Shown here piece by piece: positions 39,514-49,098 of a stretch of DNA of 55,899 bases. The position numbers and the translations under genes are program-made. Under the pieces are notes generated by a model, which was not told the DNA's origin, made no database searches, and was given only the letters and a program-made list of their open reading frames with translations. Each line of letters starts with the position of its first letter. Position 1 is the first letter of the stretch. The DNA lies in the NCBI GenBank assembly GCA_029932075.1, contig JAOZQT010000013.1:1-55899 (forward strand), in the 5' to 3' direction. Source of the stretch: Anaerolineae bacterium (GTDB lineage Bacteria; Chloroflexota; Anaerolineae; 4572-78).

Positions 39514-40821
39514 TTATAAGCGTCGACTGATTTTCCATTTACCTTCATGAAAAACCACCTCTAGGTTGATAATTTCTGTTGTTGTAACTTCGGCATCACC
39601 CTTATTTTGCTTAATCACTGCCTGTAATTTAACTCGACTGGAAAGTGGGGTTGAGCCTGCATAAGAAACAGCTACATCTGTTTTCTCCACATCAGGAAAA
39701 TATTCCAGTTTGGTAACAGATACATTAAATGGTAATGTATCACTTGGCAAGCCAAAGTAGGAAAATTTATTATTATTATATTCTGTTCCTGCTTGACTAT
39801 CAGGAGCAAAAAAATCAAGCATGTTCTCATTAGCATCAACTAATGCTGTATTTTCCCCCAACGTTTTATAAAATCCCAAAACCAGTTTTTCAGGAAATTC
39901 TGTTTGGAAGATGTTCACAAGAGGGTCTTCTAAAGCAAAATCAATATAAGATTTCACGGGAGCAGCCAATGAAGCCGCTCCTATATCTGCCATAAAGGTG
40001 GCATTAACACCTTCACCATGAAGGTCATACACATTTTTCACTGCCAGCTGAGCCCGTTCATATGCTCCCCTGTCAGAAACTGTAACTTGTTTGGTATCAG
40101 GATTGTATGATACCCCACCACTTCCTTCAAAAGAACCAATCACTTGATAACGTGGGGGGTCATCTCGTGGCGGTTGCCAAGGGCTTGTATTTTGTTGGAA
40201 GCTAAAAATGGTCAATTGATTTTTCACTCCATTCAATTGACCGTAAATAAGGAGCTCGGGAATACCATCTTGTACGATTACACCTGTTTCGGCATCGCAG
40301 TCACTTGTTTCGCATTTAGCAAGATTAGGAATAATATCTTGTTTGTCATCAACGATGACATGTCCTTCACCTAAGAAATCTCTGTCAGGAGCGTCAAGTG
40401 AATAAGGGAAAATAATAGGTAGCGGTTTGCCACGGTCATTATCATAAATCACCGCCAAACGTGGGGAACTTCCTGGACAAGGGTCGTTTAGGCTTTTCCT
40501 TTCAGAAATGTCACTGAATTCATCAGATACTCTAACCGAATCAACCTGATAAACGACCAGCCATTCTTGGTCTTCCGTATTATTATCTGTGTTAAGTTGT
40601 TGTGCTGAGCAGATTTTCCTCCCATCTTCAGGAATAAAATCAGTCAATTTACCTGACCAGACAAGCCAACCTGTTTCCACAAGTGGACTCATGTCAATTC
40701 TACACAGAAGTACTGAAAACACCAACATAAAACCAATAACAACGAGCAATCCAATCGCATTAACAATTGCTCCTGTAATATATTTTATAAACTGAGAACC
40801 AATTTCTGTTAATCCAGACAC
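39514..40821 (-). CDS. Hypothetical membrane-anchored protein (single N-terminal TM helix, large extracytoplasmic domain)
   Basis: GTG start at 40821 preceded by AAGGTG. No recognisable domain. Confidence 0.45.
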   Translation of the reverse strand: MSGLTEIGSQFIKYITGAIVNAIGLLVVIGFMLVFSVLLCRIDMSPLVETGWLVWSGKLTDFIPEDGRKICSAQQLNTDNNTEDQEWLVVYQVDSVRVSDEFSDISERKSLNDPCPGSSPRLAVIYDNDRGKPLPIIFPYSLDAPDRDFLGEGHVIVDDKQDIIPNLAKCETSDCDAETGVIVQDGIPELLIYGQLNGVKNQLTIFSFQQNTSPWQPPRDDPPRYQVIGSFEGSGGVSYNPDTKQVTVSDRGAYERAQLAVKNVYDLHGEGVNATFMADIGAASLAAPVKSYIDFALEDPLVNIFQTEFPEKLVLGFYKTLGENTALVDANENMLDFFAPDSQAGTEYNNNKFSYFGLPSDTLPFNVSVTKLEYFPDVEKTDVAVSYAGSTPLSSRVKLQAVIKQNKGDAEVTTTEIINLEVVFHEGKWKISRRL

Positions 40822-41000
40822 TATCTTTCACCTTTGTATGTTAAAAATATTATGTAAATTAAATTCATGTTATCACTGATTTTTTATTATGTCAACTTAA
40901 GAAAAAAAAATGGATATTATATTTTGACGATTTTTCAATCTGTTGAAACCGATTTCTGTTTCCAGAATGAGGTTTGAATCTCACGCCCGTTAGTACTACA

Positions 41001-41062
41001 ACCCCCCATCCCATTCCCATGCGAGGAGAATCCCCCTCCACATAGGGAAGGGGTTAGGGATA
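41001..41062. repeat. Family-C GC-rich element, copy C6, 3' of the gene ending at 41087
   Basis: ACCCCCCATCCCATTCCCATGCGAGGAGAATCCCCCTCCACATAGGGAAGGGGTTAGGGATAG. Confidence 0.5.
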
Positions 41063-41086
41063 GTGAAACGCGATTACCCAAGAAAA

Positions 41087-41722
41087 TTATTTCTGCTTCT
41101 TATGATTTTTAAACTGCTTAAAAGCTACATACATCAGCATGAAAAAGATTGCACTTGCCAAGAAGCTAACATAAGGTGAATCTTGAACTGCTAAGGTAAT
41201 TCCTGTTTCAGGCATTTCGACGTATATATCAATATCATCAGTACTTGTTTTTGATGATGGTGGTGATGTTGGTGTACTGGTGCTAGTCAGTTCAACTTCA
41301 GGAAGTGCACTCTCACCCAAGTCACCTGTACTTGTTATAACAGCAGTACTGGTTATAACAACAGTACGAATCATTGACGGTGTTTGGGTCTCTGTTGGGA
41401 ATGGTGTATTAATGGAAACCTGTTCTTTGGTAGGTGTCCAAGTTGGAACTGAAGCTACCTCATTAGTAGGTGTCCAAGTCGGAGTTGCTACATCCTCGAC
41501 CGCTTCCGTTGTGTCAACAACTTCAGTGGCATCACCATTGGTATCAGGTTCGGTACCAGTATCAACAGTATTGGTTATTGGTTCTCCTGTTTCAGCAGTT
41601 GTATCAGGAGGCGGTTCAGCACTGCCTGCACCAATCTGTGGCAATATAAAATAAGCACCAACACCAATAATACCAATCACAACAAATACAGCTAAAATAA
41701 TGATAATTAATCTCAGTTTCAT
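41087..41722 (-). CDS. Pro/Thr-rich cell-surface protein with a C-terminal LPXTG-like sorting signal (MPETG)
   Basis: N-terminal signal/anchor, low-complexity PT linker, then MPETG, a hydrophobic stretch FLASAIFFMLMYVAF, and a basic tail KQFKNHKKQK. Confidence 0.5.
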   Translation of the reverse strand: MKLRLIIIILAVFVVIGIIGVGAYFILPQIGAGSAEPPPDTTAETGEPITNTVDTGTEPDTNGDATEVVDTTEAVEDVATPTWTPTNEVASVPTWTPTKEQVSINTPFPTETQTPSMIRTVVITSTAVITSTGDLGESALPEVELTSTSTPTSPPSSKTSTDDIDIYVEMPETGITLAVQDSPYVSFLASAIFFMLMYVAFKQFKNHKKQK

Positions 41723-41774
41723 AAATTGATACTCCTATAGTTTTAGTGAACGGACTAGAAATCCGTTCTGCATG

Positions 41775-42275
41775 CTAATCTTCGATGCTATCTGATCGTT
41801 GCTGATTGTAATCAACATAGCGAACGGCACCGACAATAAGAAACGCAATCAATGCAAAACTCATCCAAAATTGCCAATCAGTAGGAATATCCATTGAGGA
41901 AACTCCCGTTTGAGGTAAAGGTCGCTCCATGCCTGCACTATTGGCAGGCGGAAGCGTTGCTATTGGTTGAGCAACAGATTCAGATGTAAGTCGCGGTTTT
42001 ATCGGCTTAATTGTGGGAGTTGCATCACCACCTGTTACATCAGGAGTCATCTGCATGACCCTAATCACTGTTGGCGAAGATGTAAATGTTGGTAATGGGG
42101 TTGGTGTTTCAATTGATATGGGTGTTGGTGCAACCTCATCACCTGGTACAAGAGCAGATTCTCCACCACCAAACCCCAAGATGCCACTGTTAAATACAAA
42201 ATAACCTCCCGCAACCAAAAGCACCAATCCAATAATTGTGCCAAAAATAATAATGAGTACACGTCTACTTTTCAT
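41775..42275 (-). CDS. Pro/Thr-rich cell-surface protein with a C-terminal LPXTG-like sorting signal (LPQTG)
   Basis: N-terminal signal/anchor, PT-rich linker, then LPQTG, a hydrophobic stretch FWMSFALIAFLIVGAV, and a charged tail. Confidence 0.5.
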   Translation of the reverse strand: MKSRRVLIIIFGTIIGLVLLVAGGYFVFNSGILGFGGGESALVPGDEVAPTPISIETPTPLPTFTSSPTVIRVMQMTPDVTGGDATPTIKPIKPRLTSESVAQPIATLPPANSAGMERPLPQTGVSSMDIPTDWQFWMSFALIAFLIVGAVRYVDYNQQRSDSIED

Positions 42276-42463
42276 GCTTTTTCACATTTCCTCACTTCTG
42301 TAAACAAAAATAGATTGTGTCAACCTAATTCTAAGTATACCACAAGATTTTTTGTTATGTCAACTAAAAACCATAAAAATTGTGTATTCTATCATTGTTT
42401 GGGTATTTTTTCAGAATGTGATATAATAGTACATGATTTTATAAATTATTTGTGTGAGACAAG

Positions 42464-44362
42464 ATGACTAAATCTAAGCATATCCAATCATCACATTGGT
42501 ATTATCGTTGCTGGGATAATTATACATTACGTGTAAAATTAATTATTGCCTTTTTAAGTGTGAGTATATTTTCGGCGGGTATAGTTGCATTTTTTTCAGG
42601 CACCATTCAATTGTCAACGCAAGACTTTGACATGCCTTGGGGAAACATAGCTTTAATTACTCTGTGTGTTGTCGGGGTATCCATAATAGTTGCAATTGGT
42701 GTTAATCAACTATTAACAAGACAACTTGCTCATATCACAAATACCATTAATAAAATCATAGAAGGTAATTTGGATATGAGTGCTTCCGTTGAGACACATG
42801 ACGAAATTGGTCAACTCGCTCAGGCACTTAATGCTATGACCAGCCATTTCCAAAAATCAATTGGTTCATTCACAACACAAATCAAAGAACAAACCTTTGA
42901 ATTGGAAAAAGCAAAAGAAAAAGCAGGGGTGGCAAACAAGGCAAAAATTGAATTTCTTTCCAATATGAGTCATGAATTACGAACCCCTCTTAATGGTATT
43001 TTGGGCTATGCTCAAATCCTTAGACGCTATAAGGGACTCAACCCTACCCAAAAAGAAGGCATGAAGATCATTTATCAAAGTAGTGAACATCTCCTCACTC
43101 TAATCAATGATGTATTAGACCTTGCTAATATTGAATCACAAAAAATAAACATCTATCCTTCCGATTTTCACTTCCAACAATTTTTAGATAATATTGCAAG
43201 CGTCATCCGCATGCAAGCAGAACAGAAAAGTATTACATTCGTTCAAGAAATAACAACACAATTACCACCTGGTATCCATGCTGACGAGAAACGGTTACGA
43301 CAAATTTTAATTAATCTTTTGGGAAATGCGGTTAAATTTACTAACAGTGGTAAAGTGATATTTCGAATAAGTGAATTGGATGAGATTAATGTTGTGAATG
43401 AATTAGGTGATAAAGAAAATCAGTCCATTATCCGCTTTGAAATTAAGGATACAGGAGTGGGGATGTCCCATGAAGAAATAAAAACAGTTTTCCTCCCTTT
43501 TGAGCAAGTTGGTGATATTCAACATCGGGCTCCTGGCATGGGTTTAGGTTTGACAATTAGTGGGAGATTGATTAACATGATGGGGGGTGAACTCAAGGTC
43601 AAAAGTGAATTGGGAAAAGGAAGTACCTTTTGGTTTGATATAAACCTACCAATTGCTTTCGTCGATAAATTAGGATTTGAAAAACAAGCTAAGCGAACTA
43701 TTACAGGATATAAAGGTAAAAGACAAAAAATATTGGTTGTTGATGACAGACCACAAAATTGTTTGGTGCTAACCAAGATGTTGCAACCACTTGGGTTTGA
43801 AGTGATTATTGCCTACAATGGTCAGGAAGAAGTTGAAAAAGCAGATGAATTTCGCCCCGACATTATCCTGACTGATTTGGTTATGCCCGTCATGACTGGT
43901 TTTGAGGCAGTGCAGATTATTCGTCAGACTGCCGAAATTCAAAACACAGTCATTATTGCTATATCTGCCAGTATTTTTGACATGAACCAAAAGGATAGTA
44001 AGCTAGCAGGGTGTGATGATTTTCTTCCTAAACCTGTTCGAAGGATTGATTTGCTTGATACTATTGCTGAACATCTCAACCTGGAATGGACATATCAATC
44101 AATTGAGGAGGAGCTTGTTTTAGCTGAAGAAGATGTTCAAGACAAAGACATGGACAGGTTCGTGCCGCCACCAATGAAAGATATACATACCTTGCATGAG
44201 CTTGCCATGATGGGAGACATGGAAGGTATCAGCGAATGGGCAACAGATATTGAACAATTGGATGAACAATTCAAACCGTTTGCTCGCGAACTTAGAAAGT
44301 TGGCAAACGAATATAAAGATGCCCAAATTTTGGATTTGGTCGAACAGTATGTTCAGGACTAA
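42464..44362 (+). CDS. Hybrid sensor histidine kinase/response regulator (TM sensor, HAMP, HisKA, HATPase_c, REC, C-terminal conserved module)
   Basis: H-box [13 protein letters not shown] boxes ([17 protein letters not shown]), and REC (VVDDRPQN...DLVMP). Confidence 0.85.
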   Translation: MTKSKHIQSSHWYYRCWDNYTLRVKLIIAFLSVSIFSAGIVAFFSGTIQLSTQDFDMPWGNIALITLCVVGVSIIVAIGVNQLLTRQLAHITNTINKIIEGNLDMSASVETHDEIGQLAQALNAMTSHFQKSIGSFTTQIKEQTFELEKAKEKAGVANKAKIEFLSNMSHELRTPLNGILGYAQILRRYKGLNPTQKEGMKIIYQSSEHLLTLINDVLDLANIESQKINIYPSDFHFQQFLDNIASVIRMQAEQKSITFVQEITTQLPPGIHADEKRLRQILINLLGNAVKFTNSGKVIFRISELDEINVVNELGDKENQSIIRFEIKDTGVGMSHEEIKTVFLPFEQVGDIQHRAPGMGLGLTISGRLINMMGGELKVKSELGKGSTFWFDINLPIAFVDKLGFEKQAKRTITGYKGKRQKILVVDDRPQNCLVLTKMLQPLGFEVIIAYNGQEEVEKADEFRPDIILTDLVMPVMTGFEAVQIIRQTAEIQNTVIIAISASIFDMNQKDSKLAGCDDFLPKPVRRIDLLDTIAEHLNLEWTYQSIEEELVLAEEDVQDKDMDRFVPPPMKDIHTLHELAMMGDMEGISEWATDIEQLDEQFKPFARELRKLANEYKDAQILDLVEQYVQD

Positions 44363-44403
44363 CATTAATTTATTTTGTCAGATTTTCAGAAGGAGGAACA
44401 ACT

Positions 44404-45413
44404 ATGTACCTGGCACCATTAAACTACGACCGTTTTTTCAAGAAAGTTTTTCCGATACACGTATCGCTCAACAATTTTTGGAGGACTTTTTGGAAGTTAC
44501 CATTACAGAGCTCAAACCACTGTCTAAAGAACATTATGTAACAGATGATTCCTCGCGGGTTGAGTTCGATTTTCGTTGTAAAATTGAAGGACGGCATGTC
44601 ATCGTTGATATGCAACAATGGTACAAGTCTGATATTGTACAACGTTTTTATCTTTATCATGCTTTGAACACAGGTTTACAACTGGAGACCTTGCCCGAAA
44701 AACGATTGATTTTTGATAAGGAAACGCAATTACTCAAACAAGTCAAAGATTATCGTTATGTTGAACCAGTATTGACCTTGATTTGGTTGGTTAGTGAAAC
44801 TTTAGGCTTTGAGGATAATTATGTTAGTTTCACCATGGCACCTGAACTGGTGCTAAATTTTTTGAAAAATGAACACTTGTGGCACAATACTGAAATAAAG
44901 GATTTATTAACCGAACGCAAACATATTTTATCTTTGGTAAATAATACTACCAAATACCTTGATTTTCTATCCCAAAATCGGTTAATATTTCTCATTCAAA
45001 GAAATATCGTCAAGCATCAAAAAGGCATGGTTTATGAACGCTGGTTCCATTTTGCCGAAAAGAGCCGTAACCTAGAAAATGTGGAGTCTGATTTTGATGA
45101 GTTTCGGAATGATACCATCTTTGATGAGATGATGAGAAGGTTATCAAAAAAAGGCTTAGCAGATGAAGATTTAGTCTACATTGCCAGCGAGTCAGAGGTA
45201 CGAGCCGAAATGGCTCGTTGGGAACAAGGATATTTTGAGGATGGTTATAGGGACGGTTACAATTCAGGTCAAATCAAAGGTCATGCCGAAGGTCATGTCA
45301 AAGGAGAGCATAATAAAGCTATTCAAATTGCGGATAGCTTGCGAAAAAGGTGCATGTCGCTTGATGAAATTGCGGATATAACAGGACTCAGCCCGACCGA
45401 AATTATGGCATAA
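44404..45413 (+). pseudogene. Rpn-family (YhgA-like PD-(D/E)XK) recombination-promoting nuclease/putative transposase gene, disrupted by a single-base frameshift in a T5 run (44447-44451)
   Basis: ATG 44404 after RBS AGGAGG encodes MYLAPLNYDRFFKKVF, then changes frame to continue SDTRIAQQFLEDFLEV... through to the Rpn-type C-terminus (MSLDEIADITGLSPTEIMA). One extra T would restore the frame. This could be a genuine pseudogene or a homopolymer sequencing error. Confidence 0.5.
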
Positions 45414-45447
45414 ACCCCTACCATGCTATTTTGTGACAAGATAAATT

Positions 45448-45545
45448 GGAGCGTCAAAGCTTGCTTTGACATGAAAAAGCAAGCTTTTTCGCTCCATAAA
45501 TATCCCAAGCCATGTTTTTTGTTTTAGCATTAAACAGCCCTAATT
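45448..45545. repeat. Family-A palindrome (copy A3, full 48 bp) plus the shared family-B flank
   Basis: GGAGCGTCAAAGCTTGCTTTGACATGAAAAAGCAAGCTTTTTCGCTCC followed by ATAAATATCCCAAGCCATGTTTTTTGTTTTAGCATTAAACAGCCCTA. Confidence 0.6.
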
Positions 45546-45590
45546 GTAGGGGAGTGGTGATGGTGAAACGTTTTGATTTAAGAGGTTTCT

Positions 45591-48500
45591 ATGACAAAAT
45601 TTAAAACATGGCAACAGCCGCTAACTATGCGAAAAAAATTAATTTTCGTTTTTGTTATCATGGTTCTGACACCATTGGTGATATTAGCATGGCTCAATAA
45701 CCGAGCCACACATGCCGCACTAACATCGGCTGCCAATCAAACCATGTATGCGGCCGCATCTGAAAGTGTGACTGCATTAGACACTTTTATACATACAAAT
45801 ATTGGTACTGTTTATGCTATAGCTCAACTGCCCCAAATCGTCGAATATGTGCGTTTGCCTGCTGGCGAACGTCTAGGAATGAAAAATATCCGTGACATAT
45901 TTACCACTCTGAAAAATAATAACGCCGACACGTTGACCTATATAATTCTCGATGAGAATGGTAAAATTATCGTTGTTGGCTATGGGTCAGGTGAATTTGG
46001 TATTGGCTTTGATAAATCAGAGCATGATTATTTTAAGATACCTTTCGCAAACGGCAAACCATTCATCTCAAGTGTACAATTTTTGTCGGATGAACAACCT
46101 GTTTTATATTTCAGCACACCTATTGAAGATGTGGTTGGTAATATCATCGGTGTATTAGTTCAAGTGTATGATGCCACCGTTTTGCAAGACTTGATTAAAC
46201 ACAACAAGGGTTTATCTGGAGAAAATGCGTTTGTTGCTTTAGTGGATGAAAATCAATTTTACTTAGCTCATAGTTCCCGCCCCGAAAATATGTTTAAGTT
46301 TGTACATAATGTCGACGATGATACATTATTACAACTTTATCAAAATGAGCGTATCCCCGATTTGGAAGATAAAGCCTTGTTTCTTGATGACTCCACACTC
46401 AAACAAAAGTTAATAGAAAGCACAAATAAGTCCCATTTTTCAATCGCCGATATTACCCCTGATGGCAAAGTTCATCAAGCTACAGTGGCAAATTTAAGAA
46501 TGTTGCCATGGTCTGTTGTCTTTTTTCAACCTCAAGATGTCTTTCTAGAACCTGTCTATGAACAAACACAAACCGCAATTATTGTAGCTGTGGTGATTAT
46601 TGCCATAACAATTGGCATTGCAATTATAATAACTGGATTTTTGGTGGGTCCCATTGTTCGTTTAACCAGCATTGCCCAACAGGTCGGCAAAGGTAATTTA
46701 AGTGTTCAGGCACATGTCGAGTCGGGTGATGAAATTGGTATCCTAGCAGCAACATTTAATAAAATGATAAATCGCTTGGAAGCACGCATCAGTGACCTGA
46801 CACATACTCAAGAAGAACTTAGGCAATCTAAACAAGAATTGGAAGTGAAAAATAAACGGCTTAAGGAGATGGATAAACTTAAAGATGAATTTTTGGCAAA
46901 CACATCTCATGAACTACGCACTCCCATTAACGGTATCATCGGCTTGACCGAGTCCATGCTTGATGGAGCAACGGGAAGGCTTACTTCCGTGCAAAGCAGA
47001 AATCTATCCATGGTGGTCATGAGTGGACGACGTTTGTCGACATTGATTAACGATATCCTTGATTTTTCTAAGTTGAAACACCATGCTCTTACTCTACAAA
47101 TCAAACCCATTTATTTATATCCTCTTGTTGATATAGTGCTTGCTCTATCTGAACCACTTGTAATAAGCAGACCCATTGAATTGATAAACGACATTGACCC
47201 CGATATTCCAGCAGTGTACGGCGATGAAAATCGAGTTCAGCAAATTTTGTATAATTTGATTGGCAATGCTATCAAATTTACCGAAGTCGGTAAAATTACT
47301 GTGTCAACTGTTGTTGGTGAAGAATACTTGACCGTTGTTATTGAAGATACAGGAATTGGCATTTCAGATGAAAATCTACCACTTATCTTCCAAGCATTTG
47401 AACAAGCGGATGGCTCCATTGCTAGAAAATACGGTGGGGCAGGTTTGGGCTTGGCACTGACCAAACAATTAGTGGCATTGCATGGCGGGGAAATTCATGT
47501 CGACTCACAGGTCGGAAAAGGGTCAAAGTTTTATTTCACCTTACCAATTTCAAAGGGATTATCAGTAGACTCAAACACCTTTTTTGACCATCAATACGAA
47601 AAAGAAACGGTAGCCTCGATTTTAATTAATGACGATGAGGTCATGATTGAACATAAAACGCTTGCTCCTGTTGAAGGAGAATTTCATATTTTAGTTGTTG
47701 ATGATGAGCCTGTTAATTTACAAGTTTTAATCAATCATTTGTCATTACAAAATTATCATGTCACCGCCGCGGCAAATGGCTTAAAGGCATTGGATTTAAT
47801 TAAAAATGGACAGTTGTTTGATATTGTCGTATTAGATGTGATGATGCCACGCATGTCAGGCTATAGTGTTTGCAAGGAAATCCGCCGTCACTATTCAGCT
47901 ATAGAACTTCCGATAATTCTGCTCACTGCTAAAAATCAAGTAGGCGATTTGGTTACAGGTTTTAATTTGGGTGCTAATGATTATCTGGTCAAACCATTTT
48001 CTAAACTCGAATTATTAGCTCGCATAAAAAGCCATCTACAACTAAATGACATGCGAAGACTCAATGCGAGTAAAGATAGATTTTTTTCAATCGTAGCCCA
48101 TGACTTAAAGGGACCATTTCAGCCATTACTCGGCTTAACGGAATTGTTTCCACTGATTATTAAAAATAATGCATCTGAAGATGAATTAATAGAAACGGCA
48201 AATACTGTCCATGCCTCCGCTCAGAATGTATATAATCTGCTTGAAAATTTGCTTAAATGGTCACGCTTGCAACGTGGACACATGTCTTATGAACCAGCAA
48301 AACTCAATCTGCATGAAATTGTGCAACAGGCAGTTACTTTACTGACAGGTAATGCTATGGACAAAAATATTACTTTACAAAATGCCGTTCCAAAGGGCAT
48401 GTTTGTTTATGCCGATGAAAACATGCTTTATACCGTCATTCGTAATCTGACCACCAATGCCCTTAAATTTACCCCAAAGAAAGGCTGGATTACTATAAAA

Positions 48501-49097
48501 GCTATCATGCTCAAAAATATGGGTAACTCCTCTGATAAGTCTGTTTTTCACAAAGAATTTGTGGAAGTATGGGTCATAGATACTGGCATCGGCATGACTC
48601 AAGAGGTGATGGATAAATTATTTAAGATAGATGTGCATCACAGCACTGTTGGCACAAACAAGGAACAAGGTACAGGCTTAGGCTTGATTATCTGTCAAGA
48701 GATGGTCAAAAAAAATGACGGGGAAATTTGGGTTGAGAGTGAACCAGGTGATGGCACAATCGTTAAATTTACTGTGCCGTTTGATAGGTCGTCTCAACAA
48801 GATACCACTGTATCATCTCATGATGACATGACTGAAAAACATACAAACATGATTAAAGATGATAATGAAGAAAAAACAAAAACATGTATCCTGCCACCTG
48901 ATGAAGAATTGGCTCATTTACACATTTTAGCTATGGAGGGGGATATATATGGCATCAAACTACAAACGAAACGGATTAAAGAGATGGGTGAGCAGTATGT
49001 TGAGTTTGCAGATGAAATACAACAATTAGCAGTATCATTTGAGGACGAGAAAATATTACTTGTGATTGAAGAATGCATGAAAAAACAGAACGAATAA
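45591..49097 (+). CDS. Large hybrid sensor histidine kinase (extracytoplasmic Cache-like sensor, HAMP, HisKA/HATPase, REC, second HisKA/HATPase, C-terminal conserved module)
   Basis: Two H-boxes (SHELRTPINGI and AHDLKGPFQPL), two ATPase domains, and a REC domain (LVVDDEPVN...DVMMP). Confidence 0.85.
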   Translation: MTKFKTWQQPLTMRKKLIFVFVIMVLTPLVILAWLNNRATHAALTSAANQTMYAAASESVTALDTFIHTNIGTVYAIAQLPQIVEYVRLPAGERLGMKNIRDIFTTLKNNNADTLTYIILDENGKIIVVGYGSGEFGIGFDKSEHDYFKIPFANGKPFISSVQFLSDEQPVLYFSTPIEDVVGNIIGVLVQVYDATVLQDLIKHNKGLSGENAFVALVDENQFYLAHSSRPENMFKFVHNVDDDTLLQLYQNERIPDLEDKALFLDDSTLKQKLIESTNKSHFSIADITPDGKVHQATVANLRMLPWSVVFFQPQDVFLEPVYEQTQTAIIVAVVIIAITIGIAIIITGFLVGPIVRLTSIAQQVGKGNLSVQAHVESGDEIGILAATFNKMINRLEARISDLTHTQEELRQSKQELEVKNKRLKEMDKLKDEFLANTSHELRTPINGIIGLTESMLDGATGRLTSVQSRNLSMVVMSGRRLSTLINDILDFSKLKHHALTLQIKPIYLYPLVDIVLALSEPLVISRPIELINDIDPDIPAVYGDENRVQQILYNLIGNAIKFTEVGKITVSTVVGEEYLTVVIEDTGIGISDENLPLIFQAFEQADGSIARKYGGAGLGLALTKQLVALHGGEIHVDSQVGKGSKFYFTLPISKGLSVDSNTFFDHQYEKETVASILINDDEVMIEHKTLAPVEGEFHILVVDDEPVNLQVLINHLSLQNYHVTAAANGLKALDLIKNGQLFDIVVLDVMMPRMSGYSVCKEIRRHYSAIELPIILLTAKNQVGDLVTGFNLGANDYLVKPFSKLELLARIKSHLQLNDMRRLNASKDRFFSIVAHDLKGPFQPLLGLTELFPLIIKNNASEDELIETANTVHASAQNVYNLLENLLKWSRLQRGHMSYEPAKLNLHEIVQQAVTLLTGNAMDKNITLQNAVPKGMFVYADENMLYTVIRNLTTNALKFTPKKGWITIKAIMLKNMGNSSDKSVFHKEFVEVWVIDTGIGMTQEVMDKLFKIDVHHSTVGTNKEQGTGLGLIICQEMVKKNDGEIWVESEPGDGTIVKFTVPFDRSSQQDTTVSSHDDMTEKHTNMIKDDNEEKTKTCILPPDEELAHLHILAMEGDIYGIKLQTKRIKEMGEQYVEFADEIQQLAVSFEDEKILLVIEECMKKQNE

Positions 49098-49098
49098 C

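Noticed and set aside
44440-44455. Programmed -1 ribosomal frameshift in the Rpn-like gene
   Set aside because: The shift site is a plain T5 run with no X_XXY_YYZ slippery heptamer aligned to the upstream frame and no obvious downstream pseudoknot. A pseudogene or homopolymer error is more parsimonious.
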